Shown here in pieces: positions 11,944 to 23,784 of a stretch of 46,785 bases of DNA. How positions within the stretch are numbered: the stretch's first letter is position 1; each line of letters opens with the position of its first letter. Both the position numbers and the translations under genes were made by a program. Below the pieces are notes generated by a model. That model was not told the DNA's origin, ran no database searches, and saw nothing but the letters and a program-made list of their open reading frames with translations. Origin of the DNA: Octopus bimaculoides. Its lineage: Eukaryota. The DNA lies in NCBI RefSeq assembly GCF_001194135.2, contig NC_069006.1, forward strand, positions 1,020,226 through 1,067,010, in the 5' to 3' direction.

Positions 11944-12989
11944 TACATGTGTGTATATATATATATACATGTACATACGTGTATATATATATATATATAT
12001 ANNNNNNNNNNNNNNNNNNNNNNNNNNNNNNNNNNNNNNNNNNNNNNNNNNNNNNNNNNNNNNNNNNNNNNNNNNNNNNNNNNNNNNNNNNNNNNNNNNN
12101 NNNNNNNNNNNNNNNNNNNNNNNNNNNNNNNNNNNNNNNNNNNNNNNNNNNNNNNNNNNNNNNNNNNNNNNNNNNNNNNNNNNNNNNNNNNNNNNNNNNN
12201 NNNNNNNNNNNNNNNNNNNNNNNNNNNNNNNNNNNNNNNNNNNNNNNNNNNNNNNNNNNNNNNNNNNNNNNNNNNNNNNNNNNNNNNNNNNNNNNNNNNN
12301 NNNNNNNNNNNNNNNNNNNNNNNNNNNNNNNNNNNNNNNNNNNNNNNNNNNNNNNNNNNNNNNNNNNNNNNNNNNNNNNNNNNNNNNNNNNNNNNNNNNN
12401 NNNNNNNNNNNNNNNNNNNNNNNNNNNNNNNNNNNNNNNNNNNNNNNNNNNNNNNNNNNNNNNNNNNNNNNNNNNNNNNNNNNNNNNNNNNNNNNNNNNN
12501 NNNNNNNNNNNNNNNNNNNNNNNNNNNNNNNNNNNNNNNNNNNNNNNNNNNNNNNNNNNNNNNNNNNNNNNNNNNNNNNNNNNNNNNNNNNNNNNNNNNN
12601 NNNNNNNNNNNNNNNNNNNNNNNNNNNNNNNNNNNNNNNNNNNNNNNNNNNNNNNNNNNNNNNNNNNNNNNNNNNNNNNNNNNNNNNNNNNNNNNNNNNN
12701 NNNNNNNNNNNNNNNNNNNNNNNNNNNNNNNNNNNNNNNNNNNNNNNNNNNNNNNNNNNNNNNNNNNNNNNNNNNNNNNNNNNNNNNNNNNNNNNNNNNN
12801 NNNNNNNNNNNNNNNNNNNNNNNNNNNNNNNNNNNNNNNNNNNNNNNNNNNNNNNNNNNNNNNNNNNNNNNNNNNNNNNNNNNNNNNNNNNNNNNNNNNN
12901 NNNNNNNNNNNNNNNNNNNNNNNNNNNNNNNNNNNNNNNNNNNNNNNNNNNNNNNNNNNNNNNNNNNNNNNNNNNNNNNNNNNNNTATA

Positions 12990-13021
<32 letters not shown>

Positions 13022-13300
13022 CGTACATACATGTGTATATATATATATATGTGTGTACATACATACATACACAAATGTATGTACATACATATATATATGT
13101 GTACATACATACATATACATACAAGCATATGTACATACATACATATACATACATATGTACATACATACATATACGAACATACATATATGTACATACATAC
13201 ATGTACATACATATATGTACATATATATATGCATACATACACACACATATGTGTGTGTGTGCGTATTACTATATATATGTGTGCGTGTGTATGAATTCAT
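9630..13300. repeat. Compound microsatellite/low-complexity field ((AT)n, (GT)n, (GA)n, ATAC) with a gap of about 1 kb
   Basis: Seen directly. Confidence 0.95.
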
Positions 13301-13414
13301 ATTGGCTGGTTTGATCTGACCTTTGTTACTATAAATAGCAATCACATTGTTTATATCACTCTCACACATGCAATTAACAATGCAATATGTATACAAAGAC
13401 AAGCATTATTTTTA

Positions 13415-13459
<45 letters not shown>

Positions 13460-13696
13460 TTNNNNNNNNNNACATACATACATGTACATACATATATGTA
13501 CATATATATATGCATACATACACACACACATATGTGTGTGTGTGCGTATTACTATATATATGTGTGTGCGTGTGTATGAATTCATATTGGCTGGTTTGAT
13601 CTGACCTTTGTTACTATAAATAGCAATCACATTGTTTATATCACTCTCACACATGCAATTAACAATGCAATATGTATACAAAGACAAGCATTATTT
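13191..13696. other. Near-identical duplication of about 220 bp on either side of a 10-N gap (probable assembly artefact or two alleles)
   Basis: 13191-13412 matches 13472-13696 apart from microsatellite length. Confidence 0.7.
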
Positions 13697-13717
13697 NNNN
13701 NNNNNNNNNNNNNNNNN

Positions 13718-13754
<37 letters not shown>

Positions 13755-14702
13755 TTGGGTATTGCTTGCAAGGCCAAGGGGCTGCAACAGGAAAGTTCAC
13801 TTTCACCGAACTGCTAAGTTACGTAGACGTAAACACACCAACACCGACACACACATATACAACGGGCTTCTTTCAGTTTCCGTCCACCAAATCCACTCAA
13901 AGGCTTTTGATCGGCTCATGGCTATAGTAGGAGACACTTGTCCGAGGTGCCACGCATTGGGACTGAACTCGGAACCACGTGATTAAGACGCACGCTTCCT
14001 ACCTTTCCACACAACCACGTCTGCGCCTTTTCATTCATTCTCTAACCAAAAGTTCGTCTGTGTGCAAGTTATCGTTTTCCAGAAAAAGGGCCGATACAAC
14101 TTGGCACCAGAATCTTTTGCAGGTCTTTCGGTCAGAACCTCAAAGAACCAGAACAAGAAAATTCTCTCTCTTCCAATTTCTGTCTGCTAGTCTCTCTCTC
14201 TCTCTATCCGCCTATCTATATCCCTACCTGTGTATCCGTCTATCTACGAGATCTCTATCCATGTCACTATATCCATCTATCTACCTACCCATCCATCCAG
14301 CTTTCTATTTATCCATCTATGTCTATATATCTTCACCCAGCTCTTTCTCTCTCTCTCTCATATACATATATATATATTTGCCTGTCTATGCATCCATCCA
14401 GCTACTCATCTATCTATTTGGTTCTTGAGATACGATCGAAAGGAGAGGGAGAGTGAAAGAAAGATATATATATTCATTATTAGTGAGAGAGAGAGAGAGA
14501 GAAAGATATGTATATATAGTGAGAGAGAGGGAGAGAAAGAGAGAGAGAGAAAGAGAGAGAGAGGTGGGGCGGGGGAGAGGCGGTGGTAACAACAATCACC
14601 TCCTTCGAACGTTCTTGAAGTTTTCCCTGCTGACATTTTGGTCTTCTGTTGCTAAATACTCTCTTCATTTTCCCCAGCTTGGAATACGATTTGCGTAGCA
14701 GT

Positions 14703-14734
<32 letters not shown>

Positions 14735-14940
14735 TAGAGCAGCACTATAGTTGTAGTAGTAGTAACAATTGTTGAATAACTGCAGAATTGCTGTGGTAAT
14801 AAGAGTAGTTATTGATATATTGAAATCCCCTTGGGGATCAACATTGCTTTTCATCAAACCGGCTTCGATAAAGTAATTACCAGTTAAGTGCTGGGGTTGA
14901 TTTAATCGACTAACTACTGGCTTGCTGCTGCGATTATATG

Positions 14941-14995
<55 letters not shown>

Positions 14996-15049
14996 TACTC
15001 ATACATATCCACTCAAATACACTCACACACACATATATATATACACAAA

Positions 15050-15080
<31 letters not shown>

Positions 15081-15689
15081 NNNNNNNNNNACACATATAT
15101 ATATGTATAGATATACAAACACACATATACATGCACTATATATATGTACACACACATATACTCACACATATACATACGCATACACGTTTCGTAGTTTGGG
15201 TCTGAGGACTGTGGACATACTGGAGCACTGCTTATGCAACTATTAAGGGATTTCAAGATGTCGGTTGGTCTGGAATCACAGATAATAGGTTATCCCTGTA
15301 CTTCTTGAATACAGTTGCATCTACTCCATGAAGATCTCTCGTTTCCTAGGCGAGATATTAAGAAGCTATGGACTTTTGAACCTTAGTCTATTACAGTACG
15401 TGAACTTGATTTTCGATGAAGAAGCTTCGATTGTTGGGACTGCGCAATGATGAGTTTGAGGATGGGCAAATCCCCTAACACCAAAGTTTGAAACAAAATC
15501 CTTCAGAGATTTTCCATCGATAGATTACTGAGTATCTTTCCGATCTGTTATTCCTCAGCGAGTTCTGTTTTAATGCTTTCATCCTCTCAGTCGCTGTTGC
15601 ATCATGGTAATCCTCCCTGAAACATCTGCTACAAGTGAAATACTGTTTGGTAACCTAAGTTGCAAAGATGGTTGAGGACACAAAAATAA

Positions 15690-15920
15690 TCTCCGTCCTG
15701 GCTCATATAAACTGATAGTGCCGGTTTACCAGTTTCTCTGGTGCATATATATTCCTTCCCAGGACGGGGCGTCGGTTCGTCGCAGGATTACTCATTTTAA
15801 CCGGATGAGCAGACTGGAGCAATGTGAAATGAAGTGACTTGCTCAAGAACACAACGCATCGTCTGGTCCAGGTGTGGAAACCATAATCTTACGATCAAGA
15901 GTCCAATACTCTAACCGCCG
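15690..15920 (-). mobile_element. CORE-like SINE inserted in the CR1 remnant
   Basis: Minus GTTAGAGT.TTGGACTC..GATCGTAAGATT.TGGTTTC..TGTGTTCTTGAGCAAG.CACTTCATTTCAC; a similar copy is at 35330-35570. Confidence 0.75.
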
Positions 15921-15928
15921 TTTCACAA

Positions 15929-16453
15929 CAGGGGTTCTCTGGAACCCTAGGGTTCCGCGAGAAAGACTGAGATAAGCTAATGCTAATTTCATGATTGTAG
16001 TATTACTAATACATGCACAACATATTATTGGTGAGTGTAAAACAGACATTATTCTATCTAACCTATTAGGTTATCAAAAAAATATAACCACCACTGGGGA
16101 TATATATATATATATATATCTTAAATTCAAATTACGATGAACGTAAACAAAGAAACGAAGTTTGCTTTTAGAAGCGTTGAGATGTCTTAGAAAGTTAAAG
16201 TGATTTTAAATTCACAATCGCAGGATAATGCTAATAATATTGCCTGGATAGGATAAACTACCCCTATTTTGCATAGAAAAGTGTAGGCGGTCAGCTATAT
16301 ATATATATATATATATGATGTTTGCCATGTGAACTACGATGAAATAAATATGGGAAAGATATGGCATAAATTTCTTTTTGTGCAGGGGTTTCTTGAGACA
16401 TGTAATTTATTTTAAGGGTTACGTAACGATAAAAAAAGTTGAAGAAACCCCTA
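15929..16453. mobile_element. hAT-like MITE
   Basis: Imperfect terminal inverted repeats CAGGGGTTCTC ... GAAACCCCT; no 8-bp TSD recognisable. Confidence 0.55.
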
Positions 16454-17059
16454 AGCCTCCACTTGAGATCAATTATTTTTCACAAAAGCAACATGGTTTC
16501 CTACTCTCTTGAAGTGAATCCTCTCCAGTTCCGCTATCCTTTTCTACGTCAGGATCAGACGAGTGGTGTCTGTCGAGTGGTGTACCGTAACTAGTATTTA
16601 TTCAGGTCACATTACGAACTCGGAATCTGCAAACGCCGTCACCTCAGATCCTGCGCATCCTCGTCGTGGAGTGCTTGTGCTCTGATAAGGAAGGGTTTGG
16701 AATGTTCTAGCGTCATCAAGCTACATGTTGTTGTATTCAGCCTCACATGTAGAATGCATTAGTATCATTACATTTGCGGTTTTCTTTACTGTACAAGATA
16801 CTTTCGTATGACGAACATAACTAGCCAGAGAAGTTTTTTGTATAGCTAAGTGCAAGTCCGATAGAATCACCCCAAACAGCAATGGGCCATGGCAGGTCCC
16901 TGTGTACCTTTGAGGGATCACAGTTGCAATCATCTGACTCCTGTCTCTTGAAGTCATGCAACTACCCGCATTAATTTCGCAGCTTTGCTGAGATCAGTTT
17001 GTGATATACCACCCCTGTGGTCGAATTTATCGAAGACTTTCTTGATATAATGTGGGGTG

Positions 17060-17345
17060 TGAGACCTTTTGTCAGAGCTGTTTTGGCACCGCCTATTTGG
17101 CTTCACTAATTCGACACTGACTTCTTTCCTATCGTGAGACGTTTTGACACAGCTGTTTTGGTGCCGCCTATTTAGCGACGCTAATTCGACGTTGACATAT
17201 TTCACATCGTGAGACATTTTGGCACAGCTGGTTTGGCGCCGCTTATTTGGTGTCGCTAATTCGGCGCTCTGAGTTATTCCTCATCTTGAGACGTTTTGGC
17301 ACATCAATTTTGGCACCACCTATTTGGCGTCGCCAATTCGAAGCT
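17060..17345. repeat. Tandem repeat, unit about 75 bp x 4, built of about 15-bp subunits (TTTTGGCRCCGC...)
   Basis: TGAGAC starts at 17060, 17135, 17210 and 17287. Confidence 0.85.
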
Positions 17346-17744
17346 GCTTTATTTGATATGAGGCGTTTTAATGTTGGTTCGTTTGGAACCACTCGCTTCC
17401 ACACAACTTCCGTCTACCAAATTCGCTCACAAGGCAATGATCGGCCCGAGACTATCGCAATAGATATTTGTCCAAAGTGTCACTCAGTGGAACGGAACTC
17501 GAAACCACGTGGTTGCAGAACAAGCTTCTTAACCCCCCAAACCATTCCTGGGGATCTTATATTTCTGGTTTGTAAGAAACCTCTGACATTTAGCAGTAAC
17601 ATCTATGTGATGCGCAGGTGAGTATTGGTGGTGGCCAACTTGGATTGGCATTTGTGACGTGACCTTGAGTACAAATGTTCTGACATTGGTTCTGCGTCTG
17701 CTGCAGTTAAACCAGCTGCTGCACAGAATCTTATGCAATATTCA

Positions 17745-18070
17745 AATGCCATGGCCTACATCAGGATCGTTGTTGAAAGGAGGAAGACTCACCGACATCT
17801 TCACAATGTCATAGCTTCACTGAAAGCCTCCTCCGTTGTCCAGGTGATGTCCGAAAAGAATAAGGCCCATTTTTTAGTGCAGGAATATCGACGAGTCCGG
17901 TCTCGCATTGAAACAGTCATCGAAGTTGAAGGCGGATTTATAGAATAATCTTAGAAGAAAGCTTATCGAAAACATTTGCATGAATTTTTTTATCGAAATA
18001 CATTTGGATTTTTGGTAGATTAGAATTGCTTTATTAAATTACCAAATATGTTCTCAAATGCTTCTTGTAT
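17745..18070 (+). mobile_element. Tc1/mariner (maT/DD37D-like) transposase C-terminal remnant and right end
   Basis: YI..IVVERRKTHRHLHNVIASLKAS..VMSEKNKAH..RRVRSRIETVIEVEGGFIE*; a related end is at 27400-27575. Confidence 0.7.
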
Positions 18071-18098
18071 ATGTGTATATATGTGTGCGTGTGCATGC

Positions 18099-18161
<63 letters not shown>

Positions 18162-18864
18162 TTGTGTGCATGCATGTATATATGTGTGCGTGCATATATA
18201 TATATATGTATATGTGTGTGTGCATGCATAAATATGCATATATGTACGTGTGCGTGCATGCATATACATATGTATATATATATGTGTATGTGTTTTAAAA
18301 TTAATGTCGTAGTAGTATGCAGTTTCAACATCGCAGTTTCCTTTACGCAAGAAGAATATTGACATTTTCACACACACACACACACACACACGCACGCACA
18401 CACTTGCTTGTTGCTCATCTGCCAAAGGTCATAATACATTTGCGCATAATCTTTCAGTGGAGGCAAAGAGTATATTAGGCCGACTTTAATTAGATACCAA
18501 ACCCATAGATATACTCAGGTAATCTCGTTCTAAGAGCGATGCTCTACACACGGTTAAATACCTTGGTCGAGAGTTTTTGCACTTGAAATGACTTCGTGCA
18601 GAAAAACATTGCCCCTCCCCACTTACCGTAGCTCGGGGTTGAGTTTTTGGTGAACAGAGACAATTTCCCCCCTCTTCTCCATGCCCACAAAACCCTTTTT
18701 ATTGGGGTCTTCCACAAGATTTGGACTGCGTTATATTCCTGGCACCTGTTTTTCAATTTCAAACTTAAGAGCCTTTATTTGGAGCTTCACATCTGGTTTG
18801 TGGTCTGTTAAGGTGCTTGATGGCTTTAAATGGTTCATTTTTCATTCCATGATGAGTATATACC

Positions 18865-19095
18865 TGTGTATGTGTGACCTGCATGGGATGGATGTAGGTG
18901 TCTTCAAAACAAAACTGAATCTCCCCCCGTCAAGAGTTCCGGATGAACCTAACTCACGGCAATAAACGCAGACGGGGCCAGTAACACCAAACTCACTCGT
19001 TCATCAACTGCCACGTATAACAGGAGGTTTCAAGCAAAGCTAACGGCGGTGCTCCAGCATGGCCACAATTCTCAAGCTGAAATTAGTAAAAGTGT
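18865..19095 (+). mobile_element. CR1-type LINE 3' end
   Basis: DLHGMDVGVFKTKLNLPPSRVPDEPNSRQ, then the tail GGCGGTGCTCCAGCATGGCCACA; homologous to 15185-15330 (minus). Confidence 0.8.
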
Positions 19096-19859
19096 GCATA
19101 TATTCTTTTACTTGTTTCAATCATTTGATTGTGGCGTCGCTGGGCACGCGCGCGAGCGAGCGAGCACACATTATACACACGCACAAATATAAAAAAAATA
19201 CTTCTGAATATATACATAGATTTGTTTATATAAGCATATATGTTTGTATATATACTCAGGTAGGGGTGTGTGCGTGCGTGCGTGCGTGCGTGCGTGTATA
19301 CATACATACACTCATGCACGCACATATACATATGCAAAAATGTGTGTCTAACCGTACACAGAAACATCTACGGTAATGCATATATATTTATAGATATATG
19401 ATTCTATAATCATATATGCAAATTACATATATATATGTATATATACACACACAATTATGTACATATATGTATCTCACTTTCTGTATACTTCATACACACT
19501 GGGTACATATGTATGTATGTGTTTGCGCACGCATACACACAAACAAATATACATAATTAATTATTCCTCTGTACATGGATACATATAAATATATGTACGT
19601 ATATCGGCGTACGTGTATTATTCGAGTGCATTTATGCTTGAGCACGTTTCAGTGTATGTAACTTTATCTCTGCAAGATTTAGACTGAAACCGGTAATGGG
19701 GGAGGGCGATAAGGTTTTTAGGGTTAAATACTGTGCATGTGTTTGTGGAAGCTGCATAATACTTGTTCTTAGACTAATAATCATAAGGAACAATAAACAT
19801 ATATCAATAATTACGTATGTTGATATATATACATACACACAAATATATATATATATATG

Positions 19860-19897
<38 letters not shown>

Positions 19898-19978
19898 CGT
19901 TACGATCTATCTGTAGCTCACTCTATTTATAGATTAGTACGAATAAACGAATATACGTTGATGTGAGTGCATGAGTGA

Positions 19979-20019
<41 letters not shown>

Positions 20020-20178
20020 CATGTATACATGTACATATATGTAAGTATATAGACAAATATGCATAGATGCTTAAATGAACATCTATGTATATATTCAAAA
20101 ATATTTTTTATATATGTGTATTCATATATGTATACACGTTTATATATTTTTATACATATGCAGCACTTAATATACGCA

Positions 20179-20243
<65 letters not shown>

Positions 20244-20522
20244 TGTACCTATCTATCTATACATAATGATGTATGTATTTATAGAAATGCGCAACGCCCT
20301 ACATTTTAATAGAAATCAAATGAGATTTGAGTATGTCCTGAATATGACTAAATTGCTTCTAGTGGTGGGACCCTGGTTCGAGAGTTCCAGTGTTTTGTGG
20401 AGTGTAGTACCACCTCTTAACCACAATTGCTCCCAGGTCAACCCTGACTTCTAGTCGTTGCACCTGACAAGCCCCAGCTACGGGTTAATATGGTACGGAA
20501 TACAGCACTTTGCAAATATCCC

Positions 20523-20860
20523 CTTCAGGTAAAACTACCAATAGAAGAGAATATGACCAAAGACTGCGAGTACTCCATCTCATGCAGCTGTGGTAGATTA
20601 TACAAAGATGAAACATGCCGCCCCCTCAGAATAAGGGTAGACGAACATCGCAAAGCTGTGACATGAGGAGATATTGATAAATCGGGTATAGCTGATCATG
20701 TATGGAAAAACGGAGAGCACCACCCCATGTGGGATGAAGTTAAAATAGAGAACACCACTGGAAAATACGAAAACTAAAAGAAGCATACGTATACTAGGAC
20801 ACAACCTTCTCAGCAGACCGAGTGCAGATATGAGTAGAATATGGGAACATATATTAAGGA
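20523..20860 (+). pseudogene. Penelope-like element GIY-YIG endonuclease remnant
   Basis: KLPIEENMTKDCEYSISCSCGRLYKDETCRPLRIRVDEHRKAVT*GDIDKSGIADHVWKNGEHHPMWDEVKI / EHHWKIRKLKEA: the Y-x-I-x-C..C..Y.(G)ET.R.L..R..EH pattern of PLE GIY-YIG; stop at 20664 and frameshifts. Confidence 0.85.
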
Positions 20861-20904
20861 AGGATGGGAAAATATTAGATTTGTAAGCCCTAAAATTCAC
20901 TCCA

Positions 20905-21125
20905 TAATTGCCCATAGGCATATGAGGTAGTGGTTAATTACGCGGGCTACTCACCCGAAGATTCCGAGTTCGATTCCAGGCAGTGACCTGAAACATGATA
21001 ACATCGGAAAAATACCTTAGGAATGAGAACCCAGGTTCGAAATTCCCCCCAGGACACCCGAAGAAGGCTGGAGAGTACATCATCCGAAACGTTAACAAGA
21101 TGACAAATATTCGTCAAATGTAAAA
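20905..21125 (+). mobile_element. Terminal repeat of that Penelope element (tRNA-like A/B boxes plus hammerhead-like core)
   Basis: GTAGTGGTTAA..GATTCCGAGTTCGATTCCAGGCAGTGACC..CCCGAAGAAGGCTGGAGAGTACATCATCCGAAACG; same unit as 5237-5480. Confidence 0.75.
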
Positions 21126-23418
21126 ATATTTCTGCCTGCAGAGAGTTACGATTTTATGCAACCAACAAAGTATTATTGTTGTTCAGCTGAAACTGTTGCT
21201 AATGTAAAAAGAAGTGGAAGGGTGAGACTATTTTTGCGTTTTCTGAAAAAGCAACGTTTTGGACTTCCGTCACTTTTGCATAACAACAACAATATACAAA
21301 CACAATTTGTAATTAGAGAACGGCATCACGTACACTTAACCAGGTGTATATTAAGTGTGTGAGCACGCGCAGATATGTGTTTTCGATATTTTTCTAGTCA
21401 TTCTTTTTCCATATATGGACTTATCGGCACAGGAAATAGATGTGTGGTTAAGAACATCGCTTTAAAACCACGTGGGTTCGGGTTCAGTCCCACTACCTGT
21501 CGTGTGTGTGTGTTCTATAGCTTGGCAGTAGGTGGTGGTTTGTTTACGCGTAAAAGAAAAAGACTGACAAGATAAGAATCTAACTATAAAAAAAGTGTGT
21601 CGATTTGTTCGACTACACCCGTCAAGACGCTGCTCTAGCATCGCCACTATCCAATGACCGACACCAGTAAACGATGTACCCTCTGTAGACGCCCTGCAGG
21701 ACATTGGAAACTTATACATCTCCCTAATCCCAAGTTTTTGCAGTATCTGACCCTAACTTTGGATGAGCTGCACTGGACGGGGGAGTTTTTACAAGATTCA
21801 CTTGGGATTGATTAGCTGTGAATGGCAAAATTTGGCGCCTGTTCTTTCAGTATTTTTCGTATATAAATCAGAGTGAATCGTTTCCTTCATCTCCAGTTCT
21901 CCCCAGGGACTACAGTCTTACGCTTTCAACATCTCTCAGTCTTTCATCTGCTGCCCGTTGCATAGAATTTAAATCTTCAATGAAGAAAATGTTAAATCGA
22001 TTCAGTTCCGTTCCGCAGTCAGTTTGACGTTATGTGGTGTTCACAGCGAGCGTCAATAAACGAAACGATTGAGAAGAAAAATCTCTTTCGTTAAGAACCA
22101 ACATGACTTCTTGTTCACTCGCGCTAAATGTTCTCAGAATTTATCCCGAATTCGTTGGTATCTGGTTGTCATCTTTCTAATATGCGCATGAAATGATGCT
22201 TCATTACGCATTATGATCCCCAGGCCAGGAGGTATTGATTGTGATAGGACCTTATCAACACAATGTGAACGTGCTTCCGGTCATAGGAATTGCATTAGAT
22301 ATCACATAATAAATGTAGCGTATTGCACATTAGCAACGTGCTACGAATTACACATCCACCTAAAAGAACGTAACACACAGCTGCAGTTTAACCTTTAACA
22401 GCGAAATTAAATTTCAAGTTCGTTTCACTAATGACGATAAATATCTTATGAAAGAGAAAAATTAGAATTTTCTGATTTTCTGTAAGTCACGTTGTCTCGT
22501 TAGACTTGACTTGACATTCTTCAACAAAAGAGGATGCTATACGAGTCTGATTTCCGCAGTTAACGTCAATGAAATTTTTGACTGGTTATATCTGATTTCT
22601 GCAGTAAAAGAGTTAAAAATAGCTAGAGAACAACTTCAATCAAAAATTCTTGTGTACTAGATAGCATGTCTGTTGCAACTGTGACAAATTACATATTGGC
22701 AACGCCTTCTACAAACTACACATCCGTGTGAAAGAATTCAACATGAGGCATAGGAATATCTCAGTTTAAAGATAGCTAGAGAATTCCTACAATCAGGAAT
22801 TCGTGATCCTATCAAAGACATGAAGACTTCAAAACCGGAGAACGAAGTGTCCGAAAACATTGAAAGTTCATTCGAATTAAAACAATTAGTCACATACACA
22901 CGTTAGACTAGAATTGGTTGATGGCGATTTAAAAAAAAAAAAAATTAATATACAGGATCGGTTCACGTCGGAATCGAACACATGAGCGCGTGTCAGGCGT
23001 ACGATTACTGTGATTGAATCTTGAAAATGATATTTTATAGCCGAAATATCGAGACATACGTAAACATGCAAATTCCTCATTCCGACGGATCTATGTAGCG
23101 AGAAAACGAGTTTTGAATATCCGAGGAACACCGTAAGGAGTCAGATTCGAATAAACAAACTATTTGTTTCGAATGCATCTTATTTTCGCTTCTCAATTTA
23201 CAAATTTATATACATATAATAAACTGAGGAGATAAGTTCAAGTTTATTCAATATAACGTACATGTATTTCGTTAAGGAAAATGTTTCCCATATAAGGATA
23301 ATCATTATAAACAGATTACACCATTAAACCTTCAGAGACTATAACAAATGCAAGGACCTTTCGAAATACAAACGAGCACGTGGAGCTCCAAACAGTTATA
23401 TTGCATGTCACACACACA

Positions 23419-23481
<63 letters not shown>

Positions 23482-23784
23482 NNNNNNNNNNNNNNNNNNN
23501 NNNNNNNNNNNNNNNNNNNNNNNNNNNNNNNNNNNNNNNNNNNNNNNNNNNNNNNNNNNNNNNNNNNNNNNNNNNNNNNNNNNNNNNNNNNNNNNNNNNN
23601 NNNNNNNNNNNNNNNNNNNNNNNNNNNNNNNNNNNNNNNNNNNNNNNNNNNNNNNNNNNNNNNNNNNNNNNNNNNNNNNNNNNNNNNNNNNNNNNNNNNN
23701 NNNNNNNNNNNAAAGAGAGAGAGAGAGAGAGCTGGACATTTCCTGGCTTTGGGTAAAAGAAAATACAGAAGGATCTGTTAACTG

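Larger units (their letters stand above)
15185..17050 (-). mobile_element. Degenerate CR1/L2-type LINE: RT core and C-terminus, interrupted by younger insertions
   Basis: Minus translations KVFDKFDH..., PQ..GT..GPLLFGVILSDL..IQKTSLASY (RT, 16720-17045) and ERYSVIYRWKISEGF..YCNRLRFK..RDLHGVDATVFK..VIPDQPT (15250-15640); 3' tail at about 15185-15230. Confidence 0.8.

Noticed and set aside
11404-13402. Very long ORFs (490-640 aa) in the ORF track, and similar ones at 1285-2117, 6958-8079, 23332-23860, 25563-26077 and 34376-35188
   Set aside because: They are artefacts of N gaps (X runs) and stop-free microsatellites (YI/HT/CV/ER dipeptides).
17060-17345. CRISPR-like appearance of regular repeats (also the 30-bp repeat at 40570-41390)
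   Set aside because: No unique spacers, no cas genes, and a eukaryotic context.
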